From positions 1,281,572 through 1,345,571 of the forward strand of contig OZ251535.1 of NCBI GenBank assembly GCA_965243165.1: 64,000 bases of DNA, written 5' to 3'. Below, one piece after another: positions 9,205 to 21,800 of the stretch. Both the position numbers and the translations under genes were made by a program. Source of the DNA: Candidatus Spongiisociaceae bacterium (GTDB lineage Bacteria; Actinomycetota; Acidimicrobiia; Spongiisociales; Spongiisociaceae). Every line of letters starts with the position of its first letter. Position 1 is the stretch's first letter. The notes under the pieces are model-generated. The model did no database searches. It saw nothing but the letters and a program-made list of their open reading frames with translations, and was not told where the DNA came from.

Positions 9205-12200
9205 ATGTTGTTGGGTTGGTCGTTGTTGCGGGGGGGGGGGGGCTGGTGTTGAGGCCGCGGCGTTGGTTGGGTTTGGGGTTGGCGGTTGCTTTGGTGTTGG
9301 GGGTGCTGCCGACTGCGCCGGTTGGGGTGGTGGGTCAGTCGTCTTTTTTGATTACGTTGTCGTTCGATGACGGGGAGAGCACGCCGTCGGCGTTGACGGG
9401 GGTGGCGGAGGAGGGCGGCGGTCAGACGGTGCGGGTGGTGGCGACGGCTTCGGCGGCGACGTCGTCGGCGGTGACGGTGAACGTGTCGGCGGCGGCGGGC
9501 ACGGCGACTGCGACGACGGATTATGCGATTTCGGCTTCGTCGTGGACGGTGACGATCGCCAGCGGGGATACGGTGGGGCATTCGGCGGCGTTGACGGTGA
9601 CACCGGTCAATGACACGCGGGTGGAGGGGGATGAGACGATTGTGTTTTCGGCGACTACGGCCGCGACGGGGTATTCGGCGATTGCTGATGTGAGTTTGAA
9701 TATCGAGGATGACGATGATGATATTGTGTTGTCTTTGGACAAGTCGGCGGTGTTGGAGTGGGCGGCGGATCAGACGGTTACGGTGACGGCGGAGTTCGAG
9801 GGGGCAACGGCGTCGGATTTGGGTTCGTCTTCGGATGTGGTGGTGTCTGTAGCGGGGGGCGCCGGGGCGGATGGAGCAACGCTGGGTGCGGAGGGTCCGC
9901 CGCCGTCGGGGGATTTTTGGACGGATCAGACGGGTGATTCGTTTACGGTGTCGATTGCGGCGGGGGCGGTGTCGGGTTCGGCCAGTTTCGATTTGCGGGC
10001 TCGGGCGGATGGGGTTGCGGAGGCTGGGGGGGAGAAGGTGGCGGTGTCGGGGGCGTTGTCGGGGTTTACGATAACAGATGCGGAGTTGACGATTCATGAT
10101 GCGGTGGTGACGCTAAGTTTTACTGATGCGGCGGATCAGCCTGTTACGGGGTTGGGGGAGGACGACGGAGCGCAGACGGTGCGGGTGGCGGCTTCGGTTC
10201 CGGCGGGGGCGCCTGCGGATGTGGATGTGTCGGTGTCGGTGGACGATGATAATTCGACTGCGGCGGAGGGGTCGGGCGGGGATTATACGACTACGGCGCC
10301 TGCTTCGACTTCGGTTGCGATCAGTTCGGGTGAGACGAGCGGGTCGTCGGGTGATTTGGTGTTTACGCCTTTGTCGGATCGGGTGTTCGAGGATCATGAG
10401 GTTATCAAGTTTACGGGTACAGCTGCGGGATATGAAGTTGAGGATGGTGATTTGCAGATCATCGACGCAGATCGTACGATTGCTTTTTATCCAGATGATG
10501 GTGGTACTATTAGGAACGGTTCGTTTTACATGCGTGAGGACGGCGATCCTACGTTTGGTATTCATCAATGTGGATGCAATCGTAACGGCCCGAGGCCTGG
10601 GTTCACTGTCCGGATAGACGGGGTTACATCTTCTACCTACAGTCAGAACTTGAGGATGCGTTTTGGTGGTATCACCGGGACGGCGAAATACGCTAGCTAT
10701 GATCCAGAGGGTCTAGGTGGAATAAATGATTTTTATTCTGAAGTGGACGTTGGAGGGGGCAAGTGGTTGGACTTGCCCGCGGGAAGTATTTACACGATTA
10801 GCTGGTTCGATACGGGCCAAAATTTTGATTCATGGAGGGATCATGTAGCGGAGCCGGATGAGATTGGTTATATTGGGGCTCGTCCGTCGGGTGTTTATAC
10901 TTTAGAGGGGTTTACGTTGGTCAATATTCCTTTGGTGATCATCGATGATGATGTTCAGTTCAATCCTTTGGATAGGGATGTTACGTCGGTGACGGAGGGT
11001 TCGACGACTGCGGCTGTCAATATCAGTGCGAGTATGAATGCTAATTCTTCTCAATTGACGTCTGATACGGAGCTGCCGTTGTCGGTGTTGAGGGAGGATG
11101 ATCCTGAGGTGGGGGTAGCGGGTGTTGATGATTTCTCTTACTCGGGGTTGACCGACGCGACGGTGGCGGCGGGGCAGATACAGACTGGGTCTTCTCCGGG
11201 GGTGTTGTCTGGATTGATGGTTGTGGATGATACGGTGGTGGAGGGCCCGGAGCTGGTGAAGATCATGAGCTCCCCGGCTTTGGCGGCGGCGAAGCCGAAT
11301 GGGGATGAAACTGATCAGGAAGTTACGTTCGACAGGCTGGAGACGCATGTGACGATCGAGGATGATGATGCTGATATTACGTTGTCGGTGTCGCCGGGGA
11401 CGGTGGCGGAGATGGCGGCCGGTCAGCCGGTGACGGTGGTGGCGGAGTTTGCGGGGTCGTCGTCGGTTTTGACTTCTGCTACGAGTGTGGCGGTGCAGAT
11501 AGCCGGGGGTACGGCAACGTTGACGACTGATTTCACTACGGGTCTGGCGAATGACCGGTTGACGGTTACGATCCCGGCGGGCCGGACGTCGGGGTCGAAG
11601 ACGTTTACGTTGACGGCGATCGACGACAGCACACAGGAGCCTAGCGGGGAGACAGTTACGTTCGAGGGGCATGGAACCACGCGGGTGCGCGGGGCAGATG
11701 TGACGGTTACAGGCGCGTCGTTGACGATCATGGATCCGGGTATGGAGGTGGTGTTGTCTTTGACGGACACCGGGGCTTCTCCGATGGAGTTGTCGGCGGT
11801 GGGGGAGGACGGCGGGGCGAAGACGGTGCGGGTGACGGCTACGGTGGGTACGGCCCTGTCGGGCAGTGATCTGGATGTGGCGGTTACGGTGGGCGCGTTG
11901 GGGAGTTCGGCGGATGAGGGGGATGATTACACGGTTGATGAGTCTTCGGTTACGGTGACCATCGCGGATGGGGCCACTTCTGGGTCGGCGGATGTGGTGG
12001 TTACGCCTGTTTCGGATATGGTTACGGAGGATCATGAGACGATCCTGTTCACGGGGGAAGCGGCGGGGTATGCGGTTGCGCCGGCTTCGTTGGCGGTTAC
12101 CGACGCCGACCGGGCGATTACGTTGGTGTACGGTGCTAACCGGGGGCATGAGGTGGCGTATCAGGAGCAGGCGGCTCTCAGTAATCCACAGTGGAGGTAT

Positions 12201-15200
12201 GTTACCGCCCGTGTGGAGGGTGTGTCTTCTACTTATTCCGGCAGTATCAGGGGGCGGGTCGAGACAGAGTCCGGTACGGCAACGGTGGTTTCTACCGGCT
12301 CGTCGACCAGCGGGGACCTCTACAATTGGCTTGAGCATGCTACTGATATGAGTGAGCACAGGTATGTTGATATCGGTGCGGGTAATACGGAGTCGACTGC
12401 TTGGTTCCGTTCGCGTGTCCGGGCGGATGACGCAGCGGAGCCGGTGGAGGATTTGTATGTTATGTTGTCGGGTTTGACTGATGGTTTCACGGTGGAGCGG
12501 GTGAAGGCGACGGTGGTGGATCGGGTGGATACGGCGGTGGTGTTGACGTTGGGGGGTACGGGGGGTACGGTGTCGGAGGGCGGGGACCTTTCGGGTCTGT
12601 CGGTTACGGCGGGGTTTCCGTCTGGTGTTACGTCGAATGCGTTGGGTTCTGATCTGGTGGTGACGTTGGGCGCTCCGGAGGCGGGTACGGCGGGGGCGGA
12701 TGATTTTTCGTGGACGCCGCCCGATCCTGCGGATACGTTGACGATTCCAACGACGGCGACGGTGAGTCCGGACGCGGATGCGGTGTCGCCTGCGGGGGTG
12801 TCGATCACCGATGATTCGGTGGTGGAGAACCCGGAGACGCTGCAGCTGACCGGCAGCTACACGCTGGACGGTGAAACCCGGGAAACGTCGGCGGAGTTGA
12901 CGATCGAGGACGACGACGCGAATGTGGTGTTGTCGGTGTCGCCGGGGACGGTGGCGGAGGGCAGCACGGAGGAGGTGCGGGTTACGGCCCGGTTCGCGGG
13001 GTCGGCTACGGAGTTGACGTCGGATACGACGGTTACGGTTACCATCGCGGCGGGTACCGCGGTGTTGACGACTGATTTCACTACGGACGCGACGGGCAGT
13101 CAGGTGTCGGTGGTGATCCCGGCCGGGTCTCTGTCGGGGTCGGCGACGTTCAACCTGACAGCGGAAACAGACAGCACCATGGAGGGGAACGAGACGGTTG
13201 CCTTGTCGGGGGCGGGGACGATCGGGTCGCAGACGTTGATGGTGACGGGCGCTGCGGTGAACATCGTCGATTCGGGGATCACGTTGGCGGTGGATGCGGA
13301 TACGGGTACGTCGGGTGATCAGTCGTCGGTGGGTGAGGAGGGGGGTACCAAGACGGTGGAGGTGGAGGTTACGTTGCCGGCGGCGTCTTCTTCGGGCAAC
13401 GGCGCTGTGACGGTTGGGTTGAATGTGGTGGGCGGCACGGCGGTGTTGGACGACAACTCGGACGGGGATTCGGAGTTCGGGGTGGGGGAGGACTTCCGGG
13501 TGACGTATCCGTCGGGGCAGACCAATGTTTCGGTTGAGGTTGCTGAGGGTGACACGACGGGGACGGCGACGTTCGATGTGGTGTTGAACAACGACAACGT
13601 TGCTGAGGGTTCTGCGGCGGAGACGGTGGTGATCGAAGGCGCGGCGGTCACCGTCAACAGTACGTCGTATGAGGTGGTGTCAACGAGTTTCGGGATCACC
13701 GACGACGACGCGTCGCCCACCACTATTGGTTTGACCTTGCTGGACGCAGACGGGGAGGACTTGACAGAGGTCCGGGAGGACGGCGGCACGGTGCGGGTGC
13801 GGGTGAAGGCCGCCTTGGCGGGGGACAAGGTGCTGCCCCGGTCGGTGACGGTTCCGCTCACGGTGGGCATGTCGGGCGGCGCCGCAGCGCCGCATGATTT
13901 CAAGTCGGTTTCGTCGTTGGCGGTGACGATTCCGCCTTATGAGGATGAAGGCACCGTCGAGTTTGATCTGGAGCTGATCGACGATACGAGGCCGGAGGGC
14001 GCCGAGGAATTGACGGTCCACGGCGGCACGCTGGGGGCTGCTCTGACCGGTTTGGGGTTCACGGCGGTGGAGTCCGATTCGTTGACCATCGTGGACAACG
14101 ACATCATCCTGGGTTTGTTGGACGCCGAGGGAGACCTGCTGACCAAGGTTCTGGAAGGAACCAGCCCCCAGGTGCGGGTGCAGGTGTCGTATTCGGGGAC
14201 TTCGACGTCGTCTTCTCCTCGGGTGGTGGAGATATCCGTTGAAGACGGCACCGCCGCGGCCGGGAGTGATTACACCGCTGTCCGGGTGGACCCGGTTCTC
14301 GTACCTCGGAACCGGAACAGCGACAGTTGGCCTATTCCGGGTTTGAGCTTGACCGACAACCGCGATTTCGATGGTGACAAGACGTTGCGGGTGTCCGCCT
14401 CGGCGGAGGGGTTCGACATCGCCCCGGTGGAGCTCATCATTCAGGACAACGAGATCCGGTTGTCGTTGAACCAGGCGTCGGTGCGGGAGGACGCAGGGCG
14501 GATCACCCGAAGGGTTACCGCCCGGGCTGGTTCCGCGCCGCCTGAAGACTTGGTGGTGAACATAACGGTCGGCGGGGGCCGTTCGTCGGGGAATGGTTAC
14601 ACCCGTTTGAGTCCGGCCCGGTTCTCGGTCACGATTCCCGCCGGGGAGACGTCGGGGTCCAGATCGTTCTCCATGACCGTGACCGACGACTCCACCCCCG
14701 GCAATTCCAAGACGTTGTCGGTTGCGGGTTCCGCTTCTGGGTTCTCGGTTGCGTCGGCTCGTTTGACCATCACCGACGACGGCGACACCGCCGCACCCCC
14801 GTCCCCGCCCCCATCAGGCGGCGGGGGCGGAGGCGGAGGGGGAGGTGGTGCTCCACCCCCATCAGGCGGCGGCGGAGGCGGGGGCGGTGGAGGCGGCGGT
14901 GCTCCGCCCCCGGCCGGTGGAGGCGCGCAGCCCCCGGCCCAGCCGCCTGCGCCGGTGTGCGTCGGCCGGTTCTGCGACGACGACGGCAACGTCCATCAGG
15001 ACAACATCGAACGCATCGCGGTGTGGAGGATCACCCTCGGCTGCGACGCCCAGGACGCCACCAAGTACTGCCCCGACGCGGAGATCACCCGCCGGCAGAT
15101 GTCCGCCTTTCTGCACCGGGCCGTCTCGCAGCGGTGGACCATCCAAGCCCCCGAAGGGATCGAGCTGTCCGACGTTGGCGCGGATGAGTGGTTCCGCCCC

Positions 15201-15548
15201 TTCGCGGAATGGGTCGTCTCCGTCGGAGCGTTCAGCGCCCCCAACGGCGTGTTCGACCCGGGCGGGGTGGTTACCCGGGCGGACATGGCGATCATGATGA
15301 TCGGCGCCTTCCCCCACCTCGACGCCGTCCCCACCGAAACCAGCCGGTTCGGCGACGTAGAGGGCCTCTCCCCCGAAGTCCTCGCCGCCCTCGAAGGCAT
15401 GTATCAGACAGGGGTAACCCGAGGGTGTTCCGCCGAGCCGCTGAACTACTGCCCTAGCCAGCCGGTTACCCGGGCGCAGATGGCATCCTTCTTCGTCCGG
15501 GCCGTCAACCTCGCCCCCGCCGACACCCAACCCACCGCCGGCACCTGA
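9205..15548 (+). CDS. Giant secreted Calx-beta-repeat surface protein with C-terminal triple SLH anchor, paralog 1. The ATG start at 9205 is out of frame with the main ORF (9216..15548) because of the 13-G tract at 9230-9242
   Basis: RBS GAGGAGG 7 nt before ATG 9205. Signal-peptide-like N-terminus. More than 15 repeats with the Calx-beta signature (…TDYAISASSWTVTIASGDTVG…VTPVNDTRVEGDETIVFS…). Gly/Pro linker. Three SLH-like motifs (F.DD.GNVHQDNIERIA.W…ITRRQMSAFLHRAV). From the ATG the frame terminates after 15 codons (MLLGWSLLRGGGGWC*); an in-frame GTG at 9246 directly follows the tract. Confidence 0.8.
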
Positions 15549-15565
15549 CCGCAGCTGCTTCTTTA

Positions 15566-15603
15566 TCCGGCTCGGCCTCCCCAGCCAACCCAGGAGGCCG
15601 GGA
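15566..15603 (+). terminator. GC-rich stem-loop immediately 3' of giant gene 1 (candidate intrinsic terminator; no clear U-tract)
   Basis: CCGGCTCGGCCTCC-CCAGCCAACCC-AGGAGGCCGGG inverted repeat about 20 nt after the stop; conserved after all four paralogs. Confidence 0.45.
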
Positions 15604-15771
15604 ACCTGCGCCGCTCGGCCCATGACCTCCCCTCCAATTCGTAGAGCCGCTTTGCTCTCGCTGGGCAACCCTGGTTTCACCCTCGGCGGTCCGCCCGGTA
15701 AAGGGCTGGGCGGGTTCTGGGCGGCTGCCCGCGCCGGCGCGGCGGCTTGTTTGGCGGCCCCTCGGTTATGC

Positions 15772-15800
15772 TTGACTATTGGGGGGGGGGGGGGTAGTAT
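15772..15800 (+). promoter_or_regulatory. Putative promoter of giant gene 2: TTGACT - ATT + 14 G (17 nt spacer) - TAGTAT
   Basis: -35 15772-15777; G14 at 15781-15794; -10 15795-15800. The palindrome CCCGCGCCGGCGCGG lies 30 bp upstream at 15728-15742. Confidence 0.55.
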
Positions 15801-15862
15801 TGTTGTTGTGATCGTTGTCCCCTCGCTCGGTGAGGGGCTGGCTTGATGGAGGAGGTGGCCTG

Positions 15863-18800
15863 ATGATGCGGGGTTGGTCGTTGCTGCGGGGGGGGGGGGG
15901 CCAGGTGTTGAGGCCGCGGCGTTGGTTGGGTTTGGCGTTGGCGGTTGGTTTGGTGTTGGGGGTGTTGCCGGTTGGTCCGCCGGGGGTGGTGGGTCAGTCG
16001 GCGACGATTACGTTGTCGTTCGATGACGGGCAGGGTACGCCGTCGGCGGTGACGGGGGTGGCGGAGGAGGGCGGCGGTCAGTCGGTGCGGGTGGTGGCGA
16101 CGGCTTCGGCGGCGACGTCGGCGGTGGTGGCGGTGAACGTGACGGCGGCGGCGGGCACGGCGACTGCTACTACGGATTATGCGATTTCGGCGGCGTCGTG
16201 GACGGTGACGATCGCGAGCGGGGCTACGGTGGGGCGGTCGGCGGCGTTGACGGTGACTCCGGTCGCCGATGCGTTGGTGGAGGGGGATGAGACGATTGTG
16301 TTTTCGGCGACTACGACCGCGACTGGTTATTCGGCGATTGCTGATGTGAGTTTGAATATCGAGGATGCTGATGTGATTACGTTGTCGTTCGATGACGGGC
16401 AGTCGACGCCGTCGGCGGTGACGGGGGTGTCGGAGGAGGGCGGCGGTCAGTCGGTGCGGGTGGTGGCGACGGCTTCGGCGGCGACGTCGGCGGCGGTGAC
16501 GGTGAATGTGACTGCGGCGGCGGGTACGGCGACTGCTACTACGGATTATGCGATTTCGGCGGCGTCGTGGACGGTGACGATCGCGAGCGGGGCTACGGTG
16601 GGGCGGTCGGCGGCGTTGACGGTGACTCCGGCCTCCGACATGTTGGTGGAGGGGGATGAGACGATTGTGTTTTCGGCGACTACGACGGCGACGGGTTACG
16701 CGGCGATCGGGAGTGTGAATTTGAGTATTGGGGATGATGACAATGTGATTACGTTGTCGTTCGATGACGGGCAGGGTACGCCGTCGGCGTTGACGGGGGT
16801 GCCGGAGGGGGGCGGCGGTCGGTCGGTGCGGGTGGTGGCGACGGCTTCGGCGGCGTCGGGGGTGGAGTTGACGGTGAATGTGTCGGCGGCGGCGGGCACG
16901 GCGGCGGATCCGGAGGATTATGGGATTTCGGCTTCGTCGACGTCGGTGACGATTGCTTCGGGGGATACGGTGGGGTATTCGGAGGTGTTGACGGTGACTC
17001 CGGTGGATGACTTGTCGGTGGAGGGGGATGAGACGATTGTGTTTTCGGGGTCTACGACCGTGCCGGGTCATGCGGCGATTGCTGATGTGAGTTTGAATAT
17101 CGTGGATGATGACAATGTGATTACGTTGTCGTTTGCGGATGCGGCGGGTCAGCCTGTTGATGGGTTGGGGGAGGACGGCGGGCGTCAGTCGGTGCGGTTG
17201 GTTGCTTCGGTTCCGGCGGGGGTGCTGGTGCCGGCGGATGTGGATGTGTCGGTGACGGTGGATGATGCTCCTGAGACGGCGACGCCGGGGGCGGGCGGGG
17301 ATTATACGGCTTCTGGGATTCCTGCTTCGTTGACGGTTTCTATCAGTTCGGGTGGAACGGTGAGCGGGTCGTCGGGCGATTTGGTGTTTACTGCTTTGTC
17401 TGATCGGGTGTTAGAGGATCATGAGATCGTGAGGAGGTTTACGGGTACGGCTTCGGGGTATACGGTCAAGGATGCTGATTTGTTGATTTTGGATGCGGAT
17501 CGTACTATTGTTGTTACTATGGATAATCTGAGACAACCTACGACCCATCATTTTTTTACTCGTGATGACGGTACTTTCGTTTTACGGGAGACTGGTGATC
17601 CTAGGAGCGGGCCGATATTTTGTTCTTGTCATGACGGCCCTCAGCCGTGGTTCACCGGCCGGGTGGATGGGGTTACTTCTTCTACCTACAGTCAGAACCT
17701 GACCATGTATTTCAAGCTTTTCAGCGGGACTGCTGAAGTTGTTAGCGGCGGTGAAATTCCCGGAACTGTGGATATCACTGGTTTAATTTTGGATGATTGG
17801 TTTCGTAGGTCCCGTACACACAACGTCCGGGCGACGTTGAATGCGGGCAACACTTTTTTCAGGTTTAGGCCGGGCGGTTCTCAGGCTGATTTTTTTAGCG
17901 GTTACAATTTTATCGCGGAGCCTGATGAGACTTTCACGATTGGATTTGCTAAAACCTGGAACGGCTTTGAACCGCCGGATGGGTTCGAGATTGTTCCGGT
18001 GCAGGGGGTGGTGATCGATGATGATGTACAGCTTGAGAGGTTTTGGGTGGATGTTACGTCGGTGGCGGAAGGTTCGCCGACGGATGTGAAAATTGGTACG
18101 GGTTTTAATGCTAGTTTGACTGATTATGGCAGTGTCCCGTCTGACCAGAACCGTGAGGGTCGGAACAATGCTCAACGTTCCGAGTTGACGTCTGATACGG
18201 TGGTGTCGTTGTCGGTGGTGGAGGGGCCGGGGTTGCTGAGCGCCGACGAGTATTCTGCCACTTGGACGAGGAGGTCGATAACTATTGCGGCGGGTGCTGC
18301 GGGTGACGGCGGTTGGGAGACAACGTTGACGAATCTGTCGGTTGCGGATGATGGTGTGGTGGAGGGTCTGGAGCGGCTGCGGATCGTGGGTACGGCGGCG
18401 TTGGCGGCGACCAAGTCTGATGGGTCGCCTACTGATCAGGTGGTTACTTTCAAGGACCTGTCAGCGAATATTATTACGGTGACGGATGCCAATGCTGATA
18501 TCACGTTGTCGGTGTCGCCGGGGACGGTGTCGGAGACGGCGGCCGGTCAGCCGGTGACGGTGTCGGCGGAGTTCGCGGGGTCGTCATCGGTTTTGACGTC
18601 TGATACGGATGTGGCGGTGCAGATAGCCGGGGGTACGGCAACGTTGACGTCTGATTTCACTACGGGTCTGGCGAATGATCGGTTGACGGTTACGATCCCG
18701 GCGGGGGAGACGAGGGGGTCGAAGTCGTTTACGTTGACGGCGATCGACGACAGCACACAGGAGCCTAGCGGGGAGACGGTTACGTTCGCGGGGCATGGGA

Positions 18801-21800
18801 CTACGCGGGTGGGCGGGCAGACGGTTACGGTTACGGGCGGTGAGTTGACGATTATGGATCCGGGTTCGGAGGTGGTGTTGTCTTTGACGGACACCGGGGC
18901 TTCTCCGGCGGTGTTGTCGGCGGTGGGGGAGGACGGCGGGGCGGAGATGGTGCGGGTGACGGCTACGGTGGGTACGGCCCCGTCGGGCAGTGATCTGGAT
19001 GTGGCGGTGACGGTGGGCGCGTTGGGGAGCACGGCGGACGCGGGGGATGATTATACGCTTTCTGGGTCTTCGGTTACGGTGACCATCGCGGATGGGGCCA
19101 CATCTGGGTCGGCGGATGTGACGGTTACGCCTGTTCCTGATACGGTTACGGAGGATCATGAGACGATCTGGTTCACGGGGACAGCAACAGGTTATGTGGT
19201 TGCGCCGGTTTCGTTGGAGATCACCGACGCCGACCGGACGGTCACGTTGGAGTTCGCTGTTTCGGGGTCTTATCCGTTGGAGTTTCGGGAGGGGCGTTAT
19301 GGTAATGAGTGGAGGAGTATCACCGCCCATGTGGAGGGTGTGTCTTCTACGTATTCCGGTAGTATCGAGGGGCGGGTCCGGCCAGAGTCGGGTACGGCTG
19401 TGGTGGACGCTACCGGCCAGTCGAGCGGGGATCTCTACAATTGGCTCGAGTCTTCTAACACGGGTGATCACAAGCATGTCAGTATCGGTGCGGGTGCTAC
19501 GTCGTCGGGGCCTGCTTGGTTCAATTCGCGTGTCCGGGCGGATGACGCGGCGGAGCCGGTGGAGGATTTGTTCTATACGTTGTCGGATTTGACTGATGGT
19601 TTCACGGTGGAGCGGGTGAGGGTGACGTTGGTGGATCCGTTGGACACGGCGGTGGTGTTGACGTTGGGGGGTACGGGGGGTACGGTGTCGGAGGGCGGGG
19701 ACCTTTCGGGTCTGTCGGTTACGGCGGGGTTTCCGTCTGGTGTTACGTCGAATGCGTTGGGTTCTGATCTGGTGGTGACGTTGGGCGCTCCGGAGGCGGG
19801 TACGGCGGGGGCGGATGATTTTTCGTGGACGCCGCCCGATCCTGCGGATACGTTGACGATTCCAACGACGGCGACGGTGAGTCCGGACGCGGATGCGGTG
19901 TCGCCTGCGGGGGTGTCGATCACCGATGATTCGGTGGTGGAGAACCCGGAGACGCTGCAGCTGACCGGCAGCTACACGCTGGACGGTGAAACCCGGGAAA
20001 CGTCGGCGGAGTTGACGATCGAGGACGACGACGCGAATGTGGTGTTGTCGGTGTCGCCGGGGACGGTGGCGGAGGGCGACACGGAGGAGGTGCGGGTTAC
20101 GGCCCGGTTTGCGGGGTCGGCTACGGAGTTGACTTCGGATACGACGGTTACGGTTACCATCGCGGCGGGTACGGCGACGTTGACGACTGATTTCACTACG
20201 GACGCGACGGGCAGTCAGGTGTCGGTGGTGATCCCGGCGGGTTCTTTGTCGGGGTCGGCGACGTTCAATTTGACAGCGGAAACAGACAGCACCATGGAGG
20301 GGAACGAGACGGTTGCCTTGTCGGGGGCGGGGACGATCGGGTCGCAGACGTTGATGGTGACGGGCGCTGCGGTGAACATCGTCGATTCGGGGATCACGTT
20401 GGCGGTGGATGCGGATGCGGGTCCGTCGGGTGCGTCGGGTGTTCAGTCGTCGGTGGGTGAGGAGGGGGGCACCAAGATGGTGGAGGTTACGGTTACGTTG
20501 CCGACGGCGCCTTCGGGGAGCGCCGAGGTGGTGGGGTTGAATGTGGTGGGCGGCACGGCGGTGTTGGACGACGATTCGGAGTTCGGGGTGGGGGAGGACT
20601 TCCGGGTGACGTATCCGTCGCCGCAGTCGCCGGCGCCGCCGGCGGGTCATAGTTTGGCGGTTGAGGTTGCTGATGGTGCTACGACGGGGTCGGCGACGTT
20701 TACGGTGGTGTTGGACGACGACGATGTTGCGGAGGGTTCTGCGGCGGAGACGGTGGTGATCGAAGGCGCCGCTGTCACCTACGGCGGTGGTACGTATGAG
20801 GTGGTGTCGACCAGTTTTGGGATCACCGACGACGACGCGTCGCCCACCACTATTGGTTTGTCCTTGCTGGACAGCGAAGGGGAGGACTTGACAGAGGTCC
20901 GGGAGGACGGCGGCACGGTGCGGGTGAGGGTGAAGGCCGCCCTGGCGGGGGAAAAGGTGCTGCCCCGGTCGGTGACGGTTCCGCTCACGGTGGGCATGTC
21001 GGGCGGCGCCTTAGCGGTGCATGATTTCAAGCGGGTTTCGTCGCTGGCGGTGACGATTCCGCCTTATGAGGATGAAGGCACCGTTGAGTTCGATCTGGAA
21101 CTGATCGACGATACGAGGCCGGAGGGCGCCGAGGAGCTGACGGTCCACGCCGGCACTCTGGGGGCCGGCTTGACCGGTTTGGGGTTCACCGCGGTGGAGT
21201 CCGATTCGTTGACCATCGTGGACAACGACATGATCCTGGGGTTGTTGGACGCCGAGGGAGAGCCGCTGACCAGGGTTCTGGAAGGGGCCAGCCCCCAGGT
21301 GCAGGTGCAGCTGTCATATCCAGGAATACACTGGAGCAGCCCCCGGTTCGTGCGGGTAACCGTCGAGGCCGGAACCGCCGCCGGCAGCGACTACCGCATC
21401 CCGGTTGCCCCCGGCGACGTGTTCTTCCCGCCCGGTCAGAACAGCGCAACCAAGACGATCGGGTTGAACACGGTCAACGACCGCTCGGTCGAGGGCGACG
21501 AAACGTTGCGGGTGTCCGCCGCGGCGGAGGGGTTCGACATCGCTCCGGTGGAGCTCATCATTCAGGACAACGAGATCCGGTTGTCGTTGAACCAGGCGTC
21601 GGTGCGGGAAGACGCAGGCCGGATCACCCGGACGGTTACCGCCGCAGCGAGTTCCGCACCCCCCGAGGATCTGGTGGTGAATGTTAGGGTCGCGGGGAGC
21701 GGTTACACCAGCCTGAGTCCGAGGTCGTTCTCGATCACTATTCCCGCCGGGGAGACGTCGGGGTCCAGATCGTTCTCCATGACCGTGACCGACGACTCCA